A program made the translations under genes and the position numbers. The notes beneath the pieces were generated by a model. The model had not been told where the DNA came from, did no database searches, and saw nothing but the letters and a program-made list of their open reading frames with translations. From Methanomassiliicoccaceae archaeon (GTDB lineage Archaea; Thermoplasmatota; Thermoplasmata; Methanomassiliicoccales; Methanomassiliicoccaceae): DNA of 64,000 bases. The stretch lies in contig CAVSJV010000005.1 of NCBI GenBank assembly GCA_963728405.1, positions 320,001 through 384,000 on the forward strand. Reading direction: 5' to 3'. Below, one piece after another: positions 30,535-40,800 of this stretch (positions are counted from its first letter, which is position 1; each line of letters starts with the position of its first letter).

Positions 30535-31090
30535 AATCTTCCCCTCTTCACTATCGTTTCGAGACCAGATATAACGTCTGGATAATAAGGTTTCGGTAAC
30601 GATTGGATGCTTTCTAGACTGGTTCATCCAACCCTATGAACTGAAGGGGGACAAATGGCTAGAACAGGAGGCATGACGCAGGATAACGCGCTTTAAAGTA
30701 TGGAGATCAGCGAGCTACAGTCGCCTATATCGTGGGTCTCGGGTCATCGAGCGAGGGCCTTGGTCAATAGGGATAGCAAGGAGCGGGCAGCGGTCGCTTT
30801 CTGGTGCAGGAGGGGGCCGCCCCTTCCCCCGAGCCGCGCAGGCGACAATAACAGGGGCCATCGAGGAGCCAAGGCCTCAGGGAGCACCAGGCCTCTCGCA
30901 ATGCTGAATGCCGATCGGACCGTAGAGCCACTTCGATCGCGTTTCACGAAGGAGATGGTGACCGTGGGGGTTCGTCATCCGGGACGAATGACGGAACGAC
31001 GTCGGGTGCCGTCGAATCCATCGAAGTGAGAAATCTCAGGATATCATTTATATTCCGCAATACATACCGATAGTCGACAAGGGATACGGA

Positions 31091-31283
31091 TTGGCGGAAG
31101 GAGCGGAGCTGAAGAAGGTTGTCGAGATGTTCGACCCTTTCGGACAGTCCGGTCACTGACCCGTCCCAGGCCTCCCGGACCATCACCTCCTATTACGATA
31201 AGGATGGTAAGCTGGTCAAGAGGGTGCTGGGCAAGGCGATGATCATGCGCTCGAAGGATGAGAACGAACTAGATGGCACTTAG
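31091..31283 (+). CDS. Small hypothetical protein (~64 aa), frameshifted near 31150
   Basis: Two protein-like halves, LAEGAELKKVVEMFDPFG and PVTDPSQASRTITSYYDKDGKLVKRVLGKAMIMRSKDENELDGT*. Not in the ORF track. Confidence 0.5.
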
Positions 31284-31544
31284 CCCCCCTGTCCACCATA
31301 TACGTATAAGAAGAAAGCACTGGTAAGGGCCGGCGGGGCGGCGTATCCCCTTGTCACGATTCTTAGAAATATCCCGCCCTTCCGGCCCCCAGAAATAAAT
31401 GGTCGCTATAGCTGGGGGATGATAGATTTATTCATTTGTTAATAATTGATAATTCATATCCAACTCAACTATTCTTATTCGCATTTTACTGATTTCGTTC
31501 TTGATAACCAGGTCCGAACATGCTAGTTAAAGAATGTTGCCGAA

Positions 31545-32024
31545 ATGACCGTTGCGAAAGCACAAGAAGGGATGGAGAAAATGATGAACATAACTTTCGA
31601 AGAGTTTCTGGCGCTGGCAAAGAAATACCAAGCCCTGGGTTCCTCGACCCAGAACCTGCTGGAGGACATCCGCAGGGGGCCGTTCAGGGTTCAGGACGGG
31701 GTCCGGCTGAGGCAGCTGTACGATTTCCTGCTGGATATGCAGTTCGTTCAGGACGACAGGAGCGAGGTCCACGAGGTCGTGGCCGCGGTCGCGGGCGTTC
31801 TCGCCGAGTACCAGGATGAAGAGGAAGAGCGGATCGTGGCCGAGAAGTGGGTCCCTGAGAAGGGCTTCCCCGGCGCGACCCTATGGCTCCAGAGGGAGGA
31901 CGAGAAGTGGGCCATCGCCCCCTCGCCAAAGGAAGGCGCCTGCCTTGGCAAATGCGTCAAGGACCTGGGCTCGCACAAGTGGTTCGAGAAGCCCCTGCCC
32001 CTGCTGGTGGACGGCACCCGTTAG
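31545..32024 (+). CDS. Hypothetical protein
   Basis: 159-aa ORF with host-like codon usage, downstream of an AT-rich promoter region and followed by a T-rich tract. Confidence 0.65.
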   Translation: MTVAKAQEGMEKMMNITFEEFLALAKKYQALGSSTQNLLEDIRRGPFRVQDGVRLRQLYDFLLDMQFVQDDRSEVHEVVAAVAGVLAEYQDEEEERIVAEKWVPEKGFPGATLWLQREDEKWAIAPSPKEGACLGKCVKDLGSHKWFEKPLPLLVDGTR

Positions 32025-32062
32025 ACGGTCCTTAGAAAACCCTTTCCATTATTATTTTCATT

Positions 32063-34244
32063 TTACTGTATTTTTTTGAGAGCGATGGCGCACTGCCCGC
32101 TCGAGATGCCGCCGTCCCCGTTGGGCAGGCGGTCCGGGCAGATAAACTTCAATCCCCGGGCCTCGACCATCTTCTGTACCAGGGATGAAACCACCCCGTT
32201 GTAGGAGACACCGCCGGTGAGCCCCACGGCCTTCAGCCCCTTGCTCTCGGCCTCCTCGGCGGCAGCCTCGACCATCGATTCGAGCAAGGCGGCGACATAG
32301 GTGAGGGCCAGGTCCTCCCGGGACCCGCTCATCTCGCGCATATGCTGGAACAGCGGCACGGTCTGGATGACCCCGTTCTTTCTATCGGCCACCAGCCCGG
32401 GCAACCGACGCCCCCGTTCCAGGGCCGGTTCGAGCTTCATGGCCGGCTCCCCATCATAGGTTCGCTTGCGGCAGATGTCGAAATGGCAGGACAGCGCGTC
32501 CAGGATGCGTCCGAAGCTGGTGGTCATCGGACTGGTGGTCATGATCTTGCGGAGCACCGCGGCCTCCTTATCGCTGAAATTTTCTCCCGGCCGTCCGGCC
32601 AGCTCGTCCAGGGCGAACACCAGGCGGCGGGGGTCCCGCACGGCCATCTCTCCGCCCAGCAGGGGGATGCCCTGCAGATGGGCGATCCGGTCGAAGGAGT
32701 CCAGATCAGCCCGCAACACCTCGCCGCCCCAGGCCTGACCATCGCTGCCGTACCCGGTGCCGTCCAGGGTGAGGGCGATGAGCTCGTCCTGGCCGGACTC
32801 GAGCATGAGCGCGGCGGCGTGGGCCCAATGATGCTGCACCTCCACCAGCTGGGCACCTGAGCTGATGGCCAGCTTCTTCCCAAGCTTTCGATTGGTATAT
32901 CCAGGGTGCAGATCTATGCCCACCGCCTGCACCTTTTCCACGCCCAGTAGGGTCCGGAAGTAGTCGATGGACGATTCCAGGAACTCGATCACCCGCAGAG
33001 AATCCCCATCCCCTATGTACTGGGTGGTGAACATCCGGCCATCCTTGGCCACCGCACCGCACAGGTTCTCCTGCGCCCCCAGGCCCACGGCCTGGCCCTT
33101 CAGCGGGATATCGATCGACGAGGGGATGTGGCCGCGGGAGCGGCGGACGAAATAAGTACCGTTCGCCAAAGGTCCGTAGTACGGAATCATCGCACCGGTT
33201 GATGATCTCCCGATCATGCATCAGGTAGGCCTCGGCGTTCAGCTCGAGCGCGTCCGAGTCCCGAAGCACCATCGGCTCGCCCGGTATGTTGGCCGAGGTC
33301 ATGACCAAGGCGTCCTCCTTCATGTTGTGGAACAGAAGATGGTGCATGCCCGAGTACGGCAGGAACATACCAATGGTGCTCAGCCCGGGGGAGATGATAT
33401 CGTTGACCGGCAGTCCGCTCTTTCGTACCAGCACCACGGGGCGGTGGGATGAGGCCAGCAGCCTCTCCTCGAAGGCGGTCGGTATGCCGTAATGCCTGGC
33501 CGCATCCATATCCCTGACCATTATGGCGAATGGTTTCTCCTTGCGGTGGTACCAACCCCTCAGTCGGGGTAGGGTCGGCAGTGTGGAACAGATATGCATC
33601 CCGCCCCAGCTCTTGGCCACCCCGATGGAACCGCAGTGCAGGAGGTCGGCGAATCGAGCGATGGGCTCCGCCCCGTCGATATGATTGCCCCCCGCGTCCA
33701 GTAAATAGTAGGATGGTCCGCAGCGGGGGCAGGAGATGGTCTGATGATGGAACCGCCGGTTGGACGGGTCGGCATACTCGTTGCGGCAGTCGGGGTCCAT
33801 GGGGAAGTCCCGCATGGCGGTCTTTTCTCGATCATAGGGCAGGTCGGCGATGACCGTGAACCGTGCTCCGCAGTTCGTGCAGTTGGTGAACGGGTAGAGG
33901 TATCTGCGATCGAGGGGATCGAACAGCTCCCGGAGGCAATCGTCGCAGACCGCCACATCATTGGGGATGCCCACCCCCTTCTGTCCGGCCGAGCTCGGGA
34001 CGATCCGGAATCCTTCTCCGAGAACGTCGCCGCTCTTATCGATCTCGACAGAATCAAGCCGCGCCAGCGGTGGCAACTCGGCCCTGAGGCGTCGAACGAA
34101 CTCCTCCCCGTCCCGATCGACCAGGATCACCACGTTGGAGCCATTGTTCTGCACCGAGCCGCGCAACCCCATCGACGAAGCAATGCGGTGCACGGTGGGG
34201 CGGAAACCCACTCCTTGAACGATCCCATGGATGGTGATCCTCAT
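32063..34244 (-). CDS. hypF: Hydrogenase maturation carbamoyltransferase HypF, frameshift near 33155
   Basis: GIVQGVGFRP, zinc fingers CDDC/CTNCG/CPRCGP, DLHP, QHHWAH, LDGTGYG, PNGDGGISSGQ. Confidence 0.95.
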
Positions 34245-34336
34245 GACAGCATTCCAACGTCAGGGACTTATAAGTCCTTTTTCCAATAAGGAATATATCG
34301 TTGGTACTAGATGGACCTGCATAAAGAGGAAAGAGA

Positions 34337-34729
34337 ATGGCTGATAAGAGCGTCGTCAAGGACGGGCTAAGGTATACGGTCGATCACGAGTGGGTCAAGG
34401 TCGAGGGTGGCAACGCCCGCATGGGCATCACTGACCATGCCCAGAAGGAGCTGACCGAGATCGTGTTCGTGGAATTGCCCAAGGTCGGGAAGAAGTGCCA
34501 GCGCGGGGACGTACTCGGGCAGGTGGAGAGCGTCAAGACCGTCGCTTCGGTCTATGCTCCGGTGAGCGGCGAAGTTATAGAGGCGAACTCTGAGCTGGAG
34601 AACCAGACCCAGCTGATCAACGAATCGCCATACGAGAGCGGGTGGTTCGCGATCATCAAGATGGACGACCCGTCCGCGGCTGAAAAGCTCCTCGACGCCC
34701 CTGCCTACCGCAAGGTCCTCGGCGAGTAG
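34337..34729 (+). CDS. gcvH: Glycine cleavage system H protein (lipoyl carrier)
   Basis: YTVDHEWV, GITDHAQ, lipoyl-Lys motif VESVKTVAS, INESPYESGW. Confidence 0.93.
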   Translation: MADKSVVKDGLRYTVDHEWVKVEGGNARMGITDHAQKELTEIVFVELPKVGKKCQRGDVLGQVESVKTVASVYAPVSGEVIEANSELENQTQLINESPYESGWFAIIKMDDPSAAEKLLDAPAYRKVLGE

Positions 34730-34730
34730 A

Positions 34731-36080
34731 TCAAATCTTTTTTTCCAAATCCAGCACGATCCCCACGCAGTCGCTTCCCAAGGGAAAGAGCCTCAGTTTG
34801 GTGCCCTTCGACCCTTGGCCGCGAATGGTGATCGGCTCGCCGGTCCTCATGACATTCTCGCAATCTGAGGTCAGCTCGACGCCGAAGCGCTGCCGGAAGC
34901 GGCCTGAGATGTCTTGACCCATGTAGTCCTCGGCCTTGACCTCCATTATCAGCGCTGCCGAGGGGTTCATGATCACCGCCACCACGCTCATGTTCTCGGT
35001 GGGGTAGAGGCACCGGCCCAGGATAAATCCTTCCCGCATGTCCATGACGATATTGCGGTAGAGGTTCGTCAGCGATTCGGCCCGGGACCGCTCGGCGTTC
35101 TCGAACTTCATCTGGTTGTAGTACGAGGCGATAGAGATGGCTGCGCTGGCATGGGACGAGATCGACTCTAGGAGCTTGAGGTGGCCCTCATTGTAGCGGC
35201 CCTTCCGGTTGCTCAGTACTTGGATCACCCCGATGACCTGGTTCTCGTGCTTGAGGGGGGCGATAACGGCCGAGCGGGTCGACATACCGCCCTCATCGGG
35301 GGTCTTGTTGCTGATTTCGCCATCGTCACTGATGTAGTAGTTGGAACGGGCGGTCTGGATGCTCTTGACGTAGTCATCGATGAGCAGAGGCTTCCCCGAG
35401 CGGATAACCCTGGACTGTATCCCCATGCCCTCATCCTCCAGGGGGATCGGCGGCAACTCGGACACGTCCAGGGCGTTCGCCCCGGTCCAGAAGTGCCGGC
35501 AGGTGATGGCTTTGTCCCGAGGCGAGTAGGAGGAGACGATCATACCGTCGCAGTCCATGACCGTCGATAGGAAGTTGCGCATGGTCCGGTAAATGGTGTC
35601 CAGGTCCAAGGTCGCGTAAAGTTGTTGGCTGGCGTGATACAGCATCTCCAGCTGCTCCTCGCGGGTGGTGACCATCCGCTCCGCCTCGGTGCGCTTGTGC
35701 AGCTGCATCACAATGTTGCGCAGTTCCTTGAACTGGACGATGGGGTCCCCTCCCTTCTGGAGGTAGAAATCGGCACCGTTGTTAAGGGCCTGGATGGCGA
35801 CATCCTCGCGGCCCTTGCCGGTGAACAGGATGAACGGGACAGCGTCCCCCCTCGCTCTAACGGCCTTGAGGAAGGAAAGGCCGTCCATGGTGGGCATCTG
35901 GTAGTCGGAGATGATGACGTCGAAGCGCTGCTTGGTCAGATTCCCCAGCGCCTTCTGGGCATCCTCCGAGATCTCCACGATAATTCCCCCCTCCATCTGG
36001 AGGAACTCTCTGGTCACCTCCAGCAAGCCGGGCTCATCGTCCACGTAGAGAACCCTGACCACCTCGCACCCGTCCATCAT
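34731..36080 (-). CDS. Response regulator receiver + GAF + PAS-like protein
   Basis: VLYVDDEP...SDYQMP...LFTGKG...YLQKGGDP; GAF-like RSAVIAPLKHENQVIGVIQV. Confidence 0.85.
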   Translation of the reverse strand: MMDGCEVVRVLYVDDEPGLLEVTREFLQMEGGIIVEISEDAQKALGNLTKQRFDVIISDYQMPTMDGLSFLKAVRARGDAVPFILFTGKGREDVAIQALNNGADFYLQKGGDPIVQFKELRNIVMQLHKRTEAERMVTTREEQLEMLYHASQQLYATLDLDTIYRTMRNFLSTVMDCDGMIVSSYSPRDKAITCRHFWTGANALDVSELPPIPLEDEGMGIQSRVIRSGKPLLIDDYVKSIQTARSNYYISDDGEISNKTPDEGGMSTRSAVIAPLKHENQVIGVIQVLSNRKGRYNEGHLKLLESISSHASAAISIASYYNQMKFENAERSRAESLTNLYRNIVMDMREGFILGRCLYPTENMSVVAVIMNPSAALIMEVKAEDYMGQDISGRFRQRFGVELTSDCENVMRTGEPITIRGQGSKGTKLRLFPLGSDCVGIVLDLEKKI

Positions 36081-36153
36081 CGCTTACCGTGCGGAAGGGC
36101 GGATGGCCAGCTATAATCCTTTGGACACGATTATTTGCCGATGGGGTCAGGCC

Positions 36154-36939
36154 CTAGATCCCCGCATCCTTCAGCGTGTGGGGACAGGGGCACTTCTTCC
36201 TCGCCTCCGGTATCTTAGGAAGAGCGGCGGAAATGAGCTTGCGAACCTTCTCCACGTTGTCGGCCATGACCCTGAGCACCGTGGCGACATCGACCGGCTC
36301 CTCGGCCCATACATCATAGTCGGTTATAGTGGCGAGGGAGGTGTAGCACATATCCAGTTCTCTGGCCAGTTGGCACTCCGGAACGAGGGTCATGCCGATG
36401 ATGTCGGCGAACTGACGGAACATCTTGGACTCGGCGCGGGTGGAGAACCTCGGTCCCTCGATGCAGATATAGGTACCGCCGACATGATGCGGAAGCTTCA
36501 GACGCTTCGCCTCCTTGGCGAAAAGGGCGTTGAGCTCCGAGCAGAACGGGTCGGCCACGGAGATATGGACCGTCTTGGCACCATCATAGAATGTGAGGTC
36601 CCGGCGCTTGGTGAAATCGATGAACTGGTCTACGATCACCAGTTCCCCTGGCTTATACTCCTCTTTGAGCGAGCCGACCGCGCAAGGAGAGATGATCCTC
36701 TCCACGCCTAGCTGCTTGAGCGCCCAGATGTTCGCCCGATAGTTCACCTTGTGAGGTGGGTAGATATGACCGCTGCCGTGGCGGGATAGGAAGGCGACCT
36801 CCACACCGTCGATCTTTCCGACCTGGATGGCATCGGACGGCGCCCCGTAGGGCGTGGACATGGTGACCTTCTCCTTGAGGTCGAACATTTGGGGGTCATA
36901 TACGCCGGTTCCACCGATGATTCCAATTCGGAGTGCCAT
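36154..36939 (-). CDS. mtnP: S-methyl-5'-thioadenosine/thioinosine phosphorylase
   Basis: [40 protein letters not shown]. Confidence 0.92.
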   Translation of the reverse strand: MALRIGIIGGTGVYDPQMFDLKEKVTMSTPYGAPSDAIQVGKIDGVEVAFLSRHGSGHIYPPHKVNYRANIWALKQLGVERIISPCAVGSLKEEYKPGELVIVDQFIDFTKRRDLTFYDGAKTVHISVADPFCSELNALFAKEAKRLKLPHHVGGTYICIEGPRFSTRAESKMFRQFADIIGMTLVPECQLARELDMCYTSLATITDYDVWAEEPVDVATVLRVMADNVEKVRKLISAALPKIPEARKKCPCPHTLKDAGI

Positions 36940-37043
36940 AGGGCGGGGATATTTCCACAGCATAATTATAATTGATGCCGTCCCCGACGAACGAAAGAAG
37001 CGAGGCTTTTTTATTGCGGCCCAATATCCAAGTCCTGAAGAGC

Positions 37044-37565
37044 ATGGCAGCGAAAACAGAGATGAACCCGGTCCGGGGTATCAGGACCTTCCCCGCCTTC
37101 CCCGTAGTATTGGCGGTCGTTGGCAAGGAAGAGAAGAATATTATCACCATCGCGTTGGTCCATGTGTTCTCGTTCAATCCCCCCCTCGTGGGGATCGGGG
37201 TCTCGCCATCTCGCTACAGCCATGAGCTGCTTCATCGTTCTCCTGATTTCAGCATTAACATCCCATCCAAGGATCTGGTCGAGGAGACCATCTTCTGCGG
37301 AGAGATGTCCGGCAAGGACTACGACAAGTTCGAGGAGACCGGATTGACGGCCATCCCGGGAAAGCACATCGGCACCCCGGTCATCGCCGAGTGCATCGTG
37401 AACCTGGAATGCAAGAAGGTCCAGGTGTTCGACACTGGCGACCACACTTGGTTCATCGGTGAGGTGGTGTGCGCCCAGACGGTCGAGAACTATGACCGGG
37501 AGAGGGCGTTGATCTATTGGGCCGGGGAGTTCCGAACTCTCGGGGAGATCATCCGGGGACGTTGA
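37044..37565 (+). CDS. Flavin reductase family (flavoredoxin-like) protein
   Basis: [22 protein letters not shown]...[13 protein letters not shown]. Confidence 0.9.
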   Translation: MAAKTEMNPVRGIRTFPAFPVVLAVVGKEEKNIITIALVHVFSFNPPLVGIGVSPSRYSHELLHRSPDFSINIPSKDLVEETIFCGEMSGKDYDKFEETGLTAIPGKHIGTPVIAECIVNLECKKVQVFDTGDHTWFIGEVVCAQTVENYDRERALIYWAGEFRTLGEIIRGR

Positions 37566-37872
37566 TGCGTTAACGAAGGATGCCATGGAGTAATGGTAGC
37601 AATGTTGCTAGTGACCCCAGTCCAAGTTCTGAGTGAATACTCATACAATTCCATTTTTATCAGCTCAGTAGCACCTGGAGCTCACTGAGATAACGGAATG
37701 AAGATCAAACTCCATTGTTATCATCGTTGAATATTACTTCATTCTCCATTATATAATTACATTAATATCAACACCCAAATGGGCCGAGCCATGATATTCC
37801 CCGATGCTCGATTGTTACTGGGTCATTCCGTGGTAACGGCCTCTTGATTTGTAATTCAACAAATCCTCGACG

Positions 37873-40800
37873 GTGATTGATGTGAAGAGAATCCTCGTGG
37901 GCGTCCTGACTTTGATGCTAATGATTGCCGGATTGGCTCTAATGAGCGAAAATTCTGAGGCTGGAGCTACTGGCACTCCAGGTGCACCATCTGGCACTCC
38001 TGGCGTGGGTACGATCCAGTTGACCTGGGCTGCGGCACCTGGATCACCAAGCTATTATTTTGTCCATGGTGCGGCTACCTCGGGGGGTGCTCCAACCTAT
38101 AATGGGGCTGGAATCACTGGATTGTCTTGGCGGGTGGAAGGCCTTTCTCCAGGTGATGTGATGTATTTTTACATCTCCGCATGGTACCAGAACGAGCCTG
38201 GAAGTCCCTGGATAGATGGTCCATGGTCTGGTCCGCTATCTCCATTAAGCACCCCAAGCGCCCCCCAGAACCTTCAAGCGGTTGCTGACAGCGATTCCAT
38301 TGCTCTCACCTGGAACGCCCCGGCCTCCACTGGAGGGGGAAATCTCAACAATTACTACATCTATCGTTCCACCACCTCCGGTGCCGAGACCCAGATCTCT
38401 TCGGTCTCAGGGGCCACGCTTACCTATGATGACTTCAACGTTGTGAGCGGTCAGACCTACTATTACAAGGTGGCCGCCTACAACGGCTACACTAGCCCCT
38501 TGACTGTCGAAGTCACTGCAACCACCCCATGTACTGCTCCAACTGCCCCTAATTGGCCCAATTGGATTCGTGGAGACGGATCGATCACATTGAGCTGGTC
38601 TAACCCCACATCCAATGGGGGTTCAGCAATCACGGACTATCTGATATTCAGGTCAACGACTTCTGGAGCAGAGGTTTTACTGGGTTCGACAGGTGGAGAC
38701 AACACTACCTATGATGACCACAGCGCCGAGTATGGTAACACATATTACTATGTTATCAGAGCGGTCAATTCTGTAGGTGAGAGTGCGAACAGCACAGAAG
38801 TAACCGCATCGTACTTACCACCTGCCAGTGCCCCTCTGGACCTGCAGCTCATTGTGGAGGACGAGCATATCCGGCTCGATTGGCAGGCGCCGATCGATGA
38901 CGGCGGGTCGGCAATCTGGGGATATATAATCTACCGCTCCAACACCACAACCGACTTCGGTGTGGAGGATTGGATGGATTATGTAGAAGCCCCCCAGCTG
39001 TTCTATTTAGACACATCGGTCGTCGAGAACGAGACTTACAACTATCGGGTCGCTGCGTACACTGATGCCGAGTACGGCGCTTTCTCCGAGCCACAAACCA
39101 TCACCTTCGGTGCGCGTCCCTCCGAGCCGTTCAACATTGCCGCCAACGCTAACGGTCACGGCAGCCTGAGCATATCGTGGCAGGCCCCCAACTCCACTGG
39201 CGGCAGGGCTCTCGCCAGTTATATCCTATATTGGGGTACTGAAGAAGGGGTCTACTCCGACTCCATGTCGCTCGGCGTGATTACCTCCTACTCCATCGGA
39301 GGCTTGGAGGACAACACCACGTATTACATCACCGTGGCCGCCGTGACCGCATGTGGTCCGGGCCCTAGGGGCACCCCGGCTGTCGCCACGACCGCCGACA
39401 GTGCCCGGTGCCCCCGAGGACCCGATCCCTATGACCGGGGACTCGCAGGCGACCCTGAGCTGGTCCCCGCCCGCCAACAACGGTGGCTCGGGCATCATCA
39501 TGTACAAGATCTACCGCAGCACCGCGTCAGGAGAGGAGTCCTTCCTGGCCAACTGTGGCTCCAACTGCACCTGGATAGACACCAATCTGGTGAACGGGCA
39601 GACCTATTACTATCAGATCTCCGCGGTGAACGCCGTGGGCGAGGGATTTCATTGTGACGAGGTATACATCGTCCCGGCCCGCTCCCCGACGAACCCCACC
39701 ACGCTTCGCGCCACCGGGGGCCTCTTGAACATCACCGTCATCTGGAACGCCCCGACCGACATGGGCGGAGGCATCACCGGATATGATCTGTACAGAGGCA
39801 CCACCGACGATGTCCTGGACATGGACCTTCTGGTGAACCTCGGCAACGTCACCAGCTACGTTGACACGGTGGCCAAGGGAGCCACCTGGTATTATCGGGT
39901 CGTGGCCCACAACTGGGCCGGCTACAGCGGCTACTCCAACTCGTGGCAGGCCACGTCCTACACCGATCCGGCACCGGTCAACGGGCTCGCCGCCACCGCC
40001 TACGTGGGATACGTTCACCTGACCTGGTCATCGCCCTCGCCGGGTGACCCGCCTATGCTGGGCTTCCGGATCTACCGTTCGACCATCAGCGGCGAAGAGA
40101 CCCCATTGGTAGAGAAATTGATCTTGCCGACGGCTGGCCCCATGGGCATGGGCTACTCGTATGATGACACGAACGTCATCAACGGAACGCTGTACTATTA
40201 CAAGATAACCCAGTTCAACATCGTTTACGAGAGCCCCCTGTCCGGTGAGGTCTCGGCCACACCGATCGGGGTGCCGTTCGCACCCGTGATGACCGGCGCC
40301 ACCGGAAGCGTAGGGGCGGCGACCGTAGCATGGATGACCCCCGCCGACGGCGGCAGCGAGATCACTGGCTACGTGCTCTACTGGGGCACCGATCCGGACG
40401 AGTTGACCAGCTCCGCCTACCTCGGGGTCATCAACACCTATACCGTCGAAGGGCTGGCCGACAACGCGACCTACTACTTCGCCGTGGCCGCCGAGAACGT
40501 TGAGGGTGAGGGAGCCTTGAGCAACGTCTCCACCGCCACCACCTTCGCGGTGCCGGGAATGCCGGAGTTCACCTCCTGCACCAGAGGCGACAGCGTCGTC
40601 CATCTGGCCTGGAACGCCCCATCAAATGGTGGGAGCGCCATCCTCGGCTACACACTGTACCGCAGCGAGGACATCGGCTCGATAATGATCTTCAAGAACC
40701 TGGGGCCAGTGACGTCCTACGACGACACCGAGGTCGTCAACGGAACCCAGTACTATTACTGGATCGCGGCCAACAACGACGTGGGTGACGGGCCGCTCAG

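Noticed and set aside
31320-31392. SRP RNA or tRNA
   Set aside because: The GC-rich start is superficially SRP-like, but there is no helix-8 GGAA/AGCA motif or cloverleaf.
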